Assembly (NCBI GenBank): GCA_002269645.1
Contig: NIVC01001306.1
Span: forward strand, 186,482 to 250,481
Direction of reading: 5' to 3'
Length of the DNA: 64,000 bases
Source of the DNA: Macrostomum lignano
Taxonomy: Eukaryota
The notes below the pieces were generated by a model, which saw only the letters and a program-made list of their open reading frames with translations, ran no database searches and was not told the DNA's origin. The position numbers and the translations under genes were made by a program. Positions 15,243 to 29,690 of this stretch are shown here, piece by piece. How positions within the stretch are numbered: position 1 is the first letter of the stretch; each line of letters starts with the position of its first letter.

Positions 15243-17028
15243 AGCACTGCGGCACTGCGGCACTGCGGCAATATAAAATTCGGAACCAAAAAAGTCACAA
15301 ATTAACTGAAATGTCGAGAGGAATTTGACAATCTGAAAGATCCCATCGTATGCACGCATATAAAATATCCTTTCTATTTTTGTCACTGTCTGTCTGTTGT
15401 TAGCGTTAGCATGCCCTGCATATTGGCTTTGTCAATTATATATTAATAAATATTTTTGTCAGTTATAGGCTAACGTGCGAAGCTTATTGTGTCCAGTTCA
15501 TTCGTTTATTAATTGTGTTTTTTCTGTTACCATGGTTACCATGTGTCGCTAGCTGATAAAAAAGCAGCTCATTCGCGGAAAAGAATTACTGATCAAACAT
15601 TCGAATATTTTATTTATTTGTTTTATTTCTAACAACCAAGGCATGTTTGCGGAATTTTTGTGTCCTTTTTCCCAATAAAGTTTTTCCTTGTTTCACTTTT
15701 TTCTTTAAACACAGATTTTCCCCAGATTTTGTTTTACAGCCTGAACACATTCGAAACCTCTGTAATTTTTTGTGGAGCAAATTCTGCTTGTGTCTGTATC
15801 TTTTAAAGTCCAATATTAATTTGTCCTCTAGTCTTGCGCTACGCTTATTATTATTATCAAATAATTCCAGAAACTTATGTAAAACCCATAGAAAAGTAAC
15901 TTATTGTAATTTTGTTTTAACTGTCTGTCCAAAAGTTAAGCAAGCATAAGTGTTGTTATATTTTTGTGTGATGGCAAGCGCTGCTTCAATGTTGCTGCAC
16001 TAATAGCTTGCATCTCAGAGGCTGAAGCTTGTTTGCTCAAAGATTGGGGCTGGCCAGGCATTCAGTTTGAGATGAGGCTGCCTGCAGAGTCTAATTTTAG
16101 CCCTGCCCTGTGTCCTGCAGCTGGGCTCTGGTGGATCGATAAGAGAGGAGCAAGAGAGCTTTCCAGTTCTCCTGCACGTGTTTCCCATCCCCCCTACCTC
16201 AAGTCGGTTCTCCACCTTCCATATTTGGACTGGGCCGGAATAGGGACGGGCCTGTGCGCAAGCACAAGGCAGGCTTGGACAGAAAAGTAAAGGAAGTGGC
16301 TGTGGGGAACTGAGAGAGAGAAAGAGAGGCTGGAGATGATGAAGCTCCCCGAGTCCCCGGGCAGGGCGACGTTAGGCTCCGCAGAAAAAATAAGTGCAAA
16401 GGCAGGCAGAGGAGAAATCTTTTCGACTCGAAGCTATTTTGTTGCGGCAACATCCTACTCGTTAGTAGGCTATGTGAAATATCAACCAACTCGCCCCCAA
16501 ATAATAGTTTTGTTATTTTATTCTAATCATTAATAGTTTATATAAATCTATTTATATTTGTTTAGCATATTTGTGTTCTTGTATATTGTGTTGGGAGTCC
16601 TTCAAAGTGCGGTGTTACAGCACTTGGATATCTATCTATCTATATATACATTTATTAAAACCATATTTAAGTCACTCTTTAAGCAGCTTCTTCTAACCGA
16701 AGTTTGAATTTTGCCAACGATTCAAATTGGCAAAAAATTATATCTTGAAATCGTCCAATTTCGATATTTTCTCTGTCGATCTGTCTCAATCAAAAAAAAT
16801 TGTGTCGTTGGCTTGTCCAGGCCCTCTGAAGTCTCTCTGTGCACCCGTGTCCGGTTTTCATGCACTAATTGAACAACACTTGGAATAGAAGGAAATTGTT
16901 GAAATTCAACAGAGTTTGTGATCTTGAAACATCTTTAAAATATACTGTTTGCCGCCAAGCTCTGGCTGAAGGCAATTATTGACAAAAGGCATCAAAAAAA
17001 ATTTAAAACATTGCTTTTTGTTCTTTAG

Positions 17029-17142
17029 ATTCTCATGCCGATTCTCATGCCAATTCTCATGCCGATTCTCATGCTGATTCTCATGCTGATTCTCATGCCG
17101 ATTCTCATGCCGATTTTCATCCCAATTCTCATGCCGATTCTC

Positions 17143-17143
<1 letters not shown>
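17029..17143. repeat. 12-bp tandem repeat (ATTCTCATGCCG), ~9 copies
   Basis: Direct reading of the sequence. Confidence 0.9.
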
Positions 17144-17392
<249 letters not shown>

Positions 17393-17644
17393 TGTCGTAT
17401 AGACAATAAACTAATAACAGAAAAGAAGGGAAGCAGAAGACCCGGGTCGTAGCCGCGAGTTGAACTTGTATTTATACTAACAATAATGAACAGGTTAGCT
17501 GAATAATTATCTATGGTGAATTAACGGTTGAGATTGTCTGTGGGGAAGAGCATGGTAGACGAAGGGAGCTGACGGCTGACTGAAAAGTACGAGTCTGAAT
17601 TGCAAAACAGAAAGTACAAATATTTGGAGGATGGAAATCCGACA
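17393..17644 (-). mobile_element. Solo-LTR-like 252-bp insert within the (CTAA)n array
   Basis: Unique sequence bounded by TGTCG...CGACA (TG..CA, 5-bp inverted termini), TATAAATA on the minus strand, flanks TAAC/TAAT inside the microsatellite. Confidence 0.4.
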
Positions 17645-17649
17645 TAATA

Positions 17650-18570
<921 letters not shown>

Positions 18571-19532
18571 TGTGGTACCCTCGTCTGCAGCACAGCAATG
18601 GACAGTCAGACGAAGTGTTGACCGCAAACAAGGACCCAACGACAGATCAGACTCGTACAAGTGAAATCAAAGAGTCATAGGAGCTCGTATATGCAGAGTA
18701 GAAACACGGGCCCCGAATACTCTCCAGCGATTTAAAGCCAAAAATAAAATATATATTTTAAAAAAACTAATTTCTATAACGTTAGGAAACCTCTGTCCGG
18801 TCCTTTGGTCTCGCCGGTCTTTGTTTTGAAGTCTTTGTGGCTCGTAATATTTTGTTAAACAAGGAAACTGCGAGAGAAATAAAGCATTTGCTGAGCCATT
18901 GCCAAAGAGTTCCAAAGAGAGAATCTGGATTGCATCAGAAGGATCGGAGCTGTGAAGGCCGACAAAATCTGAATCTCAGGCCAACACGGATACGAAATTT
19001 CACAACCCATCCATGTACTCCGTAGGAATCTCGTTCGCTTTCAGAACCATTTCTGTCCCGGTTCCGAATCACTGAACAAAATATTATTTTGGCGCCAATT
19101 AGGTCAAAAATCTTTCCTTTTCACATCTTAGAAAAAATACCATTTTAATATGCCGTTTTAATTAAGTGCCAAATAAAAGTTTTTAGCGCCAATTAAAAGT
19201 TTTTGGCGCCAATTAAAAGATTTCAGCGCCAATTAAAAGTTTTTGGCGCCAATTATAAGATTTCAGCGTCAATTCGGCACCCAAATCCAAGTGATTCTTT
19301 TTCCGTATAAAAGGGAAATTTCAGTGGCCTCGGATGATGTTGCTGCGGTGTAGGAACCCCCCTCCCCCGGTTTAAAGCTTTGTTTTCTCTCGATATCTGA
19401 AGCAATTGTGGCATTATTGGTTACCATATTTCTGCGTGTTTCTTTTCTCCTCATCAATTATTTTAGGACTGGGATTTGGAGCTGTCAGAATCTGGAATAA
19501 AGCAACTCTTTCCCTATATAACTGCTCATTAA

Positions 19533-19595
19533 CGGATCCAAGGGGGGGAGGTCAAGGGGGTCATCTGCCCCCCTGGAGGAAAGATCCTAGATCCG
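19533..19595. mobile_element. Short MITE-like imperfect palindrome (CGGATCCAAGGGGGGG...CCCCCCTGGA..CTAGATCCG)
   Basis: Imperfect inverted termini around G/C runs; no target-site duplication identified. Confidence 0.3.
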
Positions 19596-19896
19596 CTCCT
19601 GTCTAAAGCAATCATTAAGTTCTGCTTGATGAAACTAAATTTTATAAGCCAAAAAACTATAGTTTAAAATTCTGTCAAGGATTTAAAAAGTTTTCAAGCG
19701 GTTAACGTTCAGTTCCAAAATATTGATAAAATTACATGTACAAAGCTTTCTTGAAACATTCAACCGTCCCAGAAAATTGCGCTCCCCCAAAACTAAATGA
19801 AAGAGGTAACAAAGCTCAACGACAGACGTGAGCTCAACTTTTGCCACCCCTTGAACGTGGCATCCATCGGCCTAAGAGGCAGGGGTTAGGGAGCGC

Positions 19897-20412
19897 TCAC
19901 CAAGAAACAGTGGCGTACCCACCAAGAGACATTGGCGCCCACCAAGAGACAGGGGCGTCCACCAAGAGACAGGGGCGTCCACCAAGAGACAGGGGCGCCC
20001 ACCAAGAGACAGGGGCGTCCACCAAGAGACAGGGGCGTCCACCAAGAGACAGGGGCGTCCACCAAGAGACAGGGGCGCCCACCAAGAGACAGTGGCGCCC
20101 ACCAAGAGACAGTGGCGCCCACCAAGAGACAGTGGCGTCCACCAAGAGACAGTGGCGTCCACCAAGAGACAGTGGCGTCCACCAAGAGACAGTGGCGTAC
20201 TCACCAAGAGACAGTGGCGTACTCACCAAGAGACAGTGGCGTCCACCAAGAGACAGTGGCGTCCACCAAGAGACAAGGGCGCCCACCAAGAGACAGTGGC
20301 GTCCACCAAGAGACAGTGGCGTCCACCAAGAGACAGGGGCGTCCACCAAGAGACAGGGGCGCCCACCAAGAGACAGTGGCGTCCACCAAGAGACAGGGGC
20401 GCCCACCCACCA
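19897..20412. repeat. 20-bp minisatellite (CCACCAAGAGACAGGGGCGT), ~25 copies
   Basis: Tandem units; source of the overlapping ORFs at 19841-20628. Confidence 0.94.
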
Positions 20413-21156
20413 AGAGCCTTGGGGGTTGCGGCTCTTCCCGCCCCTCCAGTTACAATAAAAAGTCCAGCATTTGCCATCAGCTCTACCCCTCTATGCATTT
20501 GTCCCTGCCGTGTGCCGAAAATGAGGTTCCGTTGGGAACAGTTGGCAATCCAGACTCTAGTTTACGATCTCCTTGGCCAAACTAGGCCAAACCCGCCTCA
20601 CCTCCGGCCCTGCCAATACAGTATTTAGGAAGGCCGGCGGGAAAGCAGGCAGCGAGAACCGAACTGAGCCGCTTGAGAGAGAGAAAGAAAAAGACTGAGC
20701 TAAAAGAAAGAACAGCTGGTTACAAAGACTCAGATTTCTTTGTCTAACGCCAACCAGCACAGCGCCAGGTCTTTGTGACTTTTCAGTCTTTGTCGGAGTG
20801 CTGTTACTTCTATTCGCAAATGTTTAGATTTGCGTTATTCGAAACTCGAAGTTTGAGCAAAATGTCTGCGATAGTCTATGTCTGCGAACTGAGTGCAGAC
20901 ACTGCAGTTGGTCTAAATAGGACATGGACGACGAATGTAAGTACACTGCGTGTTAATTTTAGCTGCACTTTCAGCTCTCCTTGTGAGCTTATGAGCGAAT
21001 TTGACATTATTTGACATTATTGGATCGAAATTCAGTCAGTTGGATGGGATCTTAAGTTTCATTCTCTCTCCCGGTCTGACCTTCGCTCCCTCTTTCTCTT
21101 CCTCTCTCACCCGTTTTTCTCTCGTATTCTCCCTCAAATCTCGTTCCTACATCTCG

Positions 21157-21965
21157 CCCCAGTCTCACTCTGAGATCCCCAATCTCACTTTGAGGTCTCC
21201 AATCTCACTCTGAGGTCCCCAATCTCACTTTGAGATCCCCAATCTCACTCTGAGATCTCCAATCTCACTTTGAGATCCCCAGTCTCACTCTGAGATCCCC
21301 AATCTCACTTTGAGATCCCCAATCTCACTCTGAGGTCCCCGATCTTACTTTGAGATCCCCATCTCACTCTTCTGAGATCTCCAATCTCACTTTGAGATCC
21401 CCGATCTCACTCTGAGATCCCCAATCTCACTCTGAGGTCCCTGATCTCACTTTGAGATCTCCAATCTCACTCTGAGGTCCCCGATCTCACTTTGAGATCC
21501 CCAATCTCACTCTAAGGTCCCCGATCTCACTTTGAGATAATCGCACTTTGAGATCCCAATCTCACTCTTAGGTCCCCGATCTCACTTTGAGATCCCCAAT
21601 CTCACTCTGGGATCCCCAATCTCACTCTGGGATCCCCAATATCACTCTGAGGTCCCCGATCTCACTTTGAGATCTCCAATCTCACTCTGAGATTGCCAAT
21701 CTCACTCTGAGATTCCCAATCTCACTCTGAGATCCCCAATCTCACTTATAGACCCCTAAGCTCAATATTAGATCTCCAATATCACCCTGAGATCCCCAAT
21801 CTCACTCTGAGGTCCCCGATCTCACTCTGAGATCCCCAGTCTCACTCTGAGATCCCCAATCTCACTTTGAGATCCCAATCTCACCCTGAGATCCCAATAT
21901 CACTCTAACATCCCCAATCTCACTTATAGACCCCTAAGCTCAATATTAGATCTCCAATCTCACTC
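21157..21965. repeat. 20-bp minisatellite (CTCACTCTGAGATCCCCAAT), ~40 copies
   Basis: Tandem units with point variants. Confidence 0.92.
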
Positions 21966-22405
21966 ATAGCCCTAATGTCACTCCGACTTGTCTTACCTAG
22001 TCTCACCCTAAACTATTTCTCAGATCCCCAATCTCTCTCCTACCTAGACATCCAATCTCAGGCCTAGATAAATCTCCAACCCAACACAAGCAAAAGCACT
22101 ATCGGATGTTTCACTAGTTTTTTCTCAAACAGTGAGATTTATTACTCCTGGCAGAAACATTTTTTTAAGTTAGAAAGCTTCAATTCCGATAACTAGGGTA
22201 TTCCTCTGTTACAGATTTTGTAACTTTTTTTTGAAATTAGCTACTGAAAGTAGCAAGCTTAGAAGCTGCCTAAGCTGCTTAAGCTGCTTTGATTTACAAA
22301 AGTTTAGTATTAGTGCATTCAGAATGAGAAATCGGGAGTCATTCAACAATTTTATTGACTCAAAGAAAACTCAAAGGGGCTTTGAGCGCTGCACTGCCGC
22401 TCAAA

Positions 22406-22513
22406 GGCGACGATTGGCCCGCAGCCAGCGAGGAGCCCAGCAGTCAGGCCCGTTCCGCTGGCCCTGAGCAGGCACACGCTCACACAAGGTGTACAGCGGC
22501 CCAGGCTTTCTAA
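22406..22513 (+). repeat. Dispersed ~110-bp repeat, homologous to 38693-38818 and its mirror near 59960-60090
   Basis: Shared blocks GGCGAC..TGG..CCAGCG, GCCCGTTCCGCTG and CACGCTCACACA(A/G)GGTGTACAGCGGCCC. Confidence 0.75.
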
Positions 22514-22708
22514 TCATCAAGCATGCACACTCTCTGTGCCCTGGTTGGCTGGCCTTCACGGGTGTGGATCGTACGACCAGCCCCAAGCAAAACTTTCCCG
22601 AGCACGAAACTCAAATTAATGTGACTGAACCCAGGAACTTGGACGTTGAGTCGGGCGCGTTGAAGCCTGTGGTACTCTGTCGCTCTGAATGACCCCACAT
22701 TTCACGGG

Positions 22709-23165
22709 AATAATGAGTGAATGATCCACAATTCACAGGGAAAAATGAGTGAAGCACCCACAATTTACGGGGAAAAATGAGTGAATGACTCACAATTCAC
22801 GAGGAAAATGAGTGAAAGACCCACAATTTACGGGGAAAATGAGTGAATAACCGACTATTCATGGGGAAAATGAGTGAATAACCGACTATTCATGGGGAAA
22901 ATGAGTGAATAACCGACTATTCATGGGGAAAAATGAGTGAATAACCGACAATTCACGGGTAATAATGAGTGAATAACCGAAAATTCACGGGGAATAATGA
23001 GTGAATAACCGACAATTCACGGGGAATAATGAGTGAATAACCGACAATTCACGGGGAATAATGAGTGAATAACCGACAAGTCACGGGGAATAATGAGTGA
23101 ATAACCGACAATCCATGGGGAATGATGAGTAAATGACCGCACATTTCGCACGGAAAATGAGTGAA
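22709..23165. repeat. ~32-bp minisatellite (AATGAGTGAATAACCGACAATTCACGGGGAAT), ~14 copies
   Basis: Head-to-tail units, no spacers. Confidence 0.9.
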
Positions 23166-23971
23166 AGACAATTCAAACAGAATGTACCAAAATTATTATT
23201 ATCTGCTGTTTTTTTCAATTCTAAAGAAATCGACTACAATAAGCTACCCATGCTACTATCAGTAGCACCATGCAGCAATCCCAGTAGTTTTGCGCGGCAG
23301 CAAATCGACAGCAGCCAATGCTGAAATTTGGTTTCGTTGGGGGGGCATCAAATTCATGCATTAATAATCAGGCCGCGTTAAGCCGGCCGCCCCCCCACCT
23401 CCTCGCGGCACCCACCACCCCCCCCTTAAGCCGAGTCAGCAAAAATTTTCCAAGTCCGCATGAGGTCACTGTCTAAAAATAGCATCAGGCGTCATCGCTT
23501 CAGCCCCCCCCCTCACTCACACAGACACAATCAGCAAAGCCCCGAAGCCTCTGCCCTCATATTGCCCCTGCCCTTGCACTAAGCCCCCCTTTTCCTATTA
23601 TTCACTGCTCCTGCAGCCCGTTCCGCCTCCCGCCTCCTGCGTTTGACACAGCCAGGCAGCTTAGTAATATTATATAGTATGCGTATTATACAATAAGTAA
23701 CAATGCTCCCTCCTGCTCAGTCCACCGCTTTCCCCCCGAGATGAGTCACAGAATTGTTCGATTTTGAGAGGCCTTGAGTTAAGGCACTCGTTTTTCTATT
23801 TCACTCTGAGTCTATATGAGTCTATGTGCTAACTGAATAGTGTACTCGTGGGTCCAGGCGTCTGGAAGACTAAAAAATTCAAGTCTGAGATTTCAGATGA
23901 GGAATTTTGGGATTTCGAGGCCAAGTTTAATCGCTTGATTCGGGATACGAGACTTCCAGCTGTTGGATCGG

Positions 23972-24350
23972 GTTTCTAAGAAAGTCCAAGATTTCAAGCT
24001 TTATGTGGTTTCTAAGAAAACTCAGGATTCGAAGTTGAATCTTGTTTCTAAGAAAACTCAGGATTCGAAGTTGAATCTTGTTTCTAAGAAAACTCAGGAT
24101 TCGAAGTTGAATCTTGTTTCTAAGAAAACTCAGGATTCGAAGTTGAATCTTGTTTCTAAGAAAACTCAGGATTCGAAGTTGAATCTTGTTTCTAAGAAAA
24201 CTCAGGACTGAAAGGTGAATCTTGATTTAAATGCAAGATTCACCTTGCTTCTAAGATTCACCTTGTTTCTAAGAAATTCGAAGTTGGATCTGGTTTATAT
24301 TCCAAGAAAACTAATGACTCCAAGTTGAATCTTGTTTCTAAGAAAACTGG
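23972..24350. repeat. 36-bp minisatellite (GTTTCTAAGAAAACTCAGGATTCGAAGTTGAATCTT)
   Basis: About 6 perfect plus several degenerate head-to-tail copies; gives the SKKTQDSKLNLV repeat ORF. Confidence 0.92.
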
Positions 24351-25087
24351 TGATTTCAAGCTTTCAACCTTAGTCTGGTTTGTAGTTTCTAAGTAAATCA
24401 GTATTTTAAACTGCATCCGGTTTCTAAGAAACTCTTAATGATAACAATGATGAGTACGGTTTTGAGGAGTTAACGCGAGTAATCCCTAAACTGCCGGATC
24501 CAAGATGCTCAATCGCATTTGTCATGAATCATGATCGTGACCGAGTGCCCTAAAATTAATTAATAAAATTATGCAGAGCCGAGCCTCTCCCGCAAACCAG
24601 CAATTAAACGGCTACTTTACCGCACACACAGGCCTGCCCTCCGCAATCCCCATTCCCTCGGGGTAGTTGAATAAAAACGCCAGTCGATCAGTTTTTATAG
24701 GAAATGAGGGCTTCAAAAGCCCGCATGCAAAGCTTCAGCCCAAGGAGGCCTAAAAAACCACAACTTTGGAGTTGACTGCAGTTGTTCACTTTGCACGCAA
24801 CGTTTGGTTTTAATAAATTTTCTCGTGGTATTTGCGTTTTAAAAATAAAGATATCAACAATTTAGTCGGCCTGAAATCTAAAAAAATTGCTTTTAAATTT
24901 CTGAAAAAGACTGAGTTTTTTGCCATCGAAGAGTTGGTTTACTCCAGCTTCTATTGCACCATCAGTCAGTCTCCTTGCTGCATTATTGTTGATAGGCCAT
25001 CTGTGGCAGCTCCAGGACTCACCAGGTACCAGCAGAAATCCCCCAACAGCTTTCCCATTGAATTCCCCTGGCTAATAGAAAAAATGG

Positions 25088-25164
25088 TGGCCTAACCCGG
25101 GCCTCGAACCCGCAGCGTTTGCTGCTCAATAATACGGCGCGTGGAACCGACTGATTTACGACCC
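25088..25164 (-). other. tRNA-derived (pseudogene or SINE-head-like) sequence
   Basis: The minus strand shows an A-box-like TCAGTCGGT, a B-box GGTTCGAGGCCC, a 3' CCA and a downstream T6 run; it does not fold into a canonical cloverleaf by eye. Confidence 0.35.
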
Positions 25165-25579
25165 ATGATTTACAATGCCACCATCAGCATTGAGTTCTAA
25201 TCTGTAATTTCACGTGTGCCGCACGCTCCGGCTAGTGTTGAGCTGCGGTGGCAATAAAATTGACCCCACTTTAACTGGAGGTTAAGGTCGCGGCCTTGAG
25301 CAAAAACTAAATCCTGGCTTCACAATCTGATTTTCTATGTAACGCAGCGAGCGAAATTTCTTGTTTGATCATTTGAATCCTAATTTGCTTAGCGCAACAA
25401 AGACTGTTGCGGCCTGCGACCTTTTCTAATTTTATTTGAAAACTGAGCAACTGGGCGCCTGGCAACCTGATCCCGCTCTGCCTTATCTCTTTCTGAAATC
25501 TATCAGCTCATTCTGATTCCCCCCCCCCTATTTCTGACTCTGTTCGAATTTATTTGTGATTCCCGATTCTCCGAATTTA

Positions 25580-26362
25580 TTCCTGACTCTCCAGTTCTCC
25601 TCCTGACTCTCTCCAGATCTCTTCCTGACCGTCTTCAGATCCCTTCCTGACTCTCTCCAGATCCCTTCCTGACTGTCACCAGATCTCTTCCTGACTATTA
25701 CAAGATCTATTCCTGATTCTCACCAGATCTCTTCCTGACTGTCACCAGATCTCTTCCTGACTATTACAAGATCTATTCCTGATTCTCACCAGATCTCTTC
25801 CTGACTCTCACCAGATCTCTTCCTGACTATTACAAGATCTATTCCTGACTCTCACCAGATCTCTTCCTGACTCTCACCAGATCTCTTCCTGACTGTCACC
25901 AGATCTCTTCCTGGCTCTCACCAGATCTCTTCCTGACTCTCTCCAGATCTCTTCCTGACTCTCACCAGATCTCTTCCTGACTCTCTCCAGATCCCTTCCT
26001 GACTCTCTCCAGATCCCTTCCTGACTCTCTCCAGATCCCTTCCTGACTCTCTCCAGATCCCTTCCTGACTCTCTCCAGATCCCTTCCTGACTCTCTCCAG
26101 ATCCCTTCCTGACTGTCTCCAGATCTCTTCCTGACTGTCTCCAAATCCCTTCCTGACTCTCCAGTTCTCCTCCTGACTCTCCAGATCTCTTCCTGGCTCT
26201 TTCCAGATCTCTTTCTGACTCTTTCCAGATCTCTTCCTGACTCTCACCAGATCTCTTCCTGACTCTCACCAGATCTCTTCCTGACTGTCACCAGATCTCT
26301 TCCTGACTCTCTCCAGAACTCTTCCTGACTCTCACCAGATCTCTTCCTGACTCTCACCAGAG
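25580..26362. repeat. 22-bp minisatellite (CTCTCACCAGATCTCTTCCTGA), ~35 copies
   Basis: Tandem units with variants. Confidence 0.92.
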
Positions 26363-26856
26363 AGAGAGAGAGTCAGGCTGCTTTCTGCTCAACGGACTTC
26401 CCACAGAAGTCATTCAGCAGGCATAATTAAAAGGCGGATTATGATAATTAGCGTTCCCTTTCTCAGGTGAGGAACAATGTCATTCAACAATGAATATCTG
26501 TAATAAATAGCGAATGAACCCAGGACCATTGGCCCGCATCAGCTTCAAGTTAAATAATTTTATTATTATGGATCTCACTTCAAGCGGAATGACCGGGGGA
26601 GGAGAGGGAGCCGAGGATAGCAGAAGATAAAATGCATAAAATTGGGGTGCACTGGGGGGTTTTTTATTTCGGCAAACAACAGATGTTGTCTCTGGCTCTG
26701 CCTCAGCTGTGAGAGCGGTATGGGAGAGTCCGCCCCCGGCTAAAATCAGTTCGTGACCAAACACAATGGCATATATGATTTTCCCTATGCGGGATCAGCA
26801 GGCGGAGCCGGGCCAAGGACCACTGGAGAGGGCTGGGTTCTTGGATTGAAAACAGG

Positions 26857-27133
<277 letters not shown>

Positions 27134-28967
27134 ACAGCAAATTGGGGAAGTTCTGTTGCTCCGCTTCGAGTCCAGGTGTTCAGACGTCCTGGGCTGGGAG
27201 CACGCGCGCCAGCCAAGCAAATCAAACATTCCCATTCTGGCTATCAGGGCCGGACCGCTGCCCCCCCGCTGAGCTCCGAAGTTCAGACGCGGAATTGCAG
27301 ATTCCTTCAAGGCGGCATAGGCGGGCACACTGAAAGTGTGTGTTTGCGCTTCATCAAGCCGGCCCCCAATTTCCCCTTCACCTGTCACTCAGCGGGCAAG
27401 TCCGCACACCATACTTAGAGCTGACTCATTGCCCCAAAGACTACAGCAGCTCGATTTCTATATTTGGAGCCAGCAACTCCTTCCTTGGTGTCTTTTACTG
27501 TTTGTTTTTTGTCGCAAGCCCGCGTTCTACTAAGACTAGCTGTATATACATAGGCCTGTCTGTTGCAACACCTGTGCAGACAGCAGAAAGGTAAGCAAAT
27601 ACGCGGACAGGGCCAGCAGGGAATTAGGCTTCTGTTAAAACAAATAGCTAATCAAATGGCCTGATCGGACTTGAAAGCGGAGGGGATATTTGTCCCCAGA
27701 CTTTATTGCGGCCCCGTTGGGATTTTTCGGGGGAAAAACGTTTTTTTCACTTTTCTTTTATAAACAAACAAGAGAGACAAAAACTTGGACAGGTTTTAGA
27801 AGCAACGGAAGATGGAAACAGGGGGCGCCATTACTTTTTTGGTGATCCACACTTTTTCAGCTGTCAGTTTTAATGTGTTTTATATGTTTGCTGAGGAGTG
27901 TCGCGGTCCCACAGTTGAAGGAACTCGGTGCATTGGGTCGCTGAGGATGTAGAAGTGTCCCACGCCACTGCTGAATACTTTTTACCCCAATAAACTTATC
28001 TTGAACCTTCAAGTTCACGGCTCACTTGAACTTTTATGAAGCTAACTAAGGGTGAAAATGTTTACAGTGAATTACTTCTGCACCGAATAGGGACAAAGAT
28101 TCCAGTACAAAGACTGCTCCAGATCCTGCCCCTCACGGTACTTCACAATTGAAGATAAGCGCCTTCCGTGGAAATGAGAGTTTCAAAGACTCTGTCTGTC
28201 CTATTGTGCGAGACCTTATATTTTTTCTCAATATTTTCTGAGTGGAGCATAAGCCGAGGACAGTCGGTTGGGGAGGGGTGATTGAGAATGCTCAAAATCT
28301 TTGTGAAGTTATCGGCAAAAATGACAACCAGTGACGTGACGTGACAGCACAGGCAGATAGATGGGGGCTGGGGGGACCGGACCCCCGCCAACAGGAATTC
28401 TCGAGGATAATTTCGTGAATTCAATTTGAAGTGGATGATGGAGATTCTTTCGAGCCCCGCTGTTTACCTTTTAGCAATTTGGTTAAGCCTCATCTAAGTA
28501 AATTAGAAATGATGCTCTGTATCCAAGGCACAAGTCCGTCAGAGTTCTAGCTTTTTTCGGGGGGGGGTTTGAGGGTGGGATTTTAATGCAAAGCAAACAA
28601 TCTGATGACAGCAAGAGCCGAGCCGATTGACGGTTGACTCCCTCAGCGGATTGCAAATATGAGATGAGCTGCGTGCGTGAAATATAGTTTTTTATGATTA
28701 GAAATAAAAAACTTCTTTTTTTGTCGAAGCCGGTCCCGTCCGGGGCGGTGGGAGTTGCCAGGCTGCTCTGCGGCTTAGTTAAAGGGGATCAGAATGGCGG
28801 TTTCTTTTTATTGGGATCATATTTGCTTTTGGCAGCCTGGTTGAAGTTTGACTGTCTCAAATATTCGCTATATAAGTTGCAATTGAAGCCAACGATATCG
28901 CTCAAATGGTAATCGACCTATCTTGACGGAAATCCTTAAATCACAAATCGAATTTCGGTCAGTAAAG

Positions 28968-29690
28968 AATCGGGTTGGTGAAGATTCGGGTTGGTGAACA
29001 CTCGGGTTGGTGAACACTCGGGTTGGTGAACACTCGGGTTGGTGAACACTCGGGTTGGTGAAGCTTCGGGTTGGTGAAGATTCGGGTTGGTGAAGATTGG
29101 GGTTGGCGAAGATTCGGGTTGGGGAAGATTTGGGTTGGTGAAGATTCGGGTTGGGGAAGATTTGGGTTGGTGAAGCTTCGGGTTGGGGAAGATTTGGGTT
29201 AGTGAAGATTCAGGTTGGTGAAGATTCAGGTTGGTGAAGATTCAGGTTGGTGAAGATTCAGGTTGGTGAAGATTCAGGTTGGTGAAGATTCAGGTTGGTG
29301 AAGATTCAGGTTGGTGAAGATTCAGGTTGGTGAAGATTCAGGTTGGTGAAGATTCAGGTTGGTGAAGATTCAGGTTGGTGAAGATTCAGGTTGGTGAAGA
29401 TTCAGGTTGGTGAAGATTCAGGTTGGTGAAGATTCAGGTTGGTGAAGAAGATTCTCGTTGGTAAAGATTCTGGATGGTGAAGATTCTGGATGGTGAAGAT
29501 TCTGGATGGTGAACATTCTAGATGGTGAAGACTCGGGTTGGTGAAGATTCTGGATGGTGAAGATTCGGGTTGGTGAAGATTCTGGATGGTGAAGATTCGG
29601 GTTGGTGAATATTTTGGATGGTGAAGATTCTGTTTGGTTGAAGATTCTGTTTAGTGAATATTCGGGTTGGTGAACCCTCGGGTTGGTGAC
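28968..29690. repeat. 16-bp minisatellite (GATTCAGGTTGGTGAA), ~45 copies
   Basis: Tandem units, homogeneous in the middle and divergent at the edges. Confidence 0.93.

Noticed and set aside
15964-16489. GC-richer island with ~100-aa ORFs downstream of the carboxypeptidase gene
   Set aside because: No recognisable protein or element signature.
23972-24350. 36-bp repeat beginning GTTT with a small palindrome (GTTTCTAAGAAAAC), superficially like a type II CRISPR repeat
   Set aside because: Units are directly head-to-tail with no unique spacers, there are no cas genes, and the context is eukaryotic.
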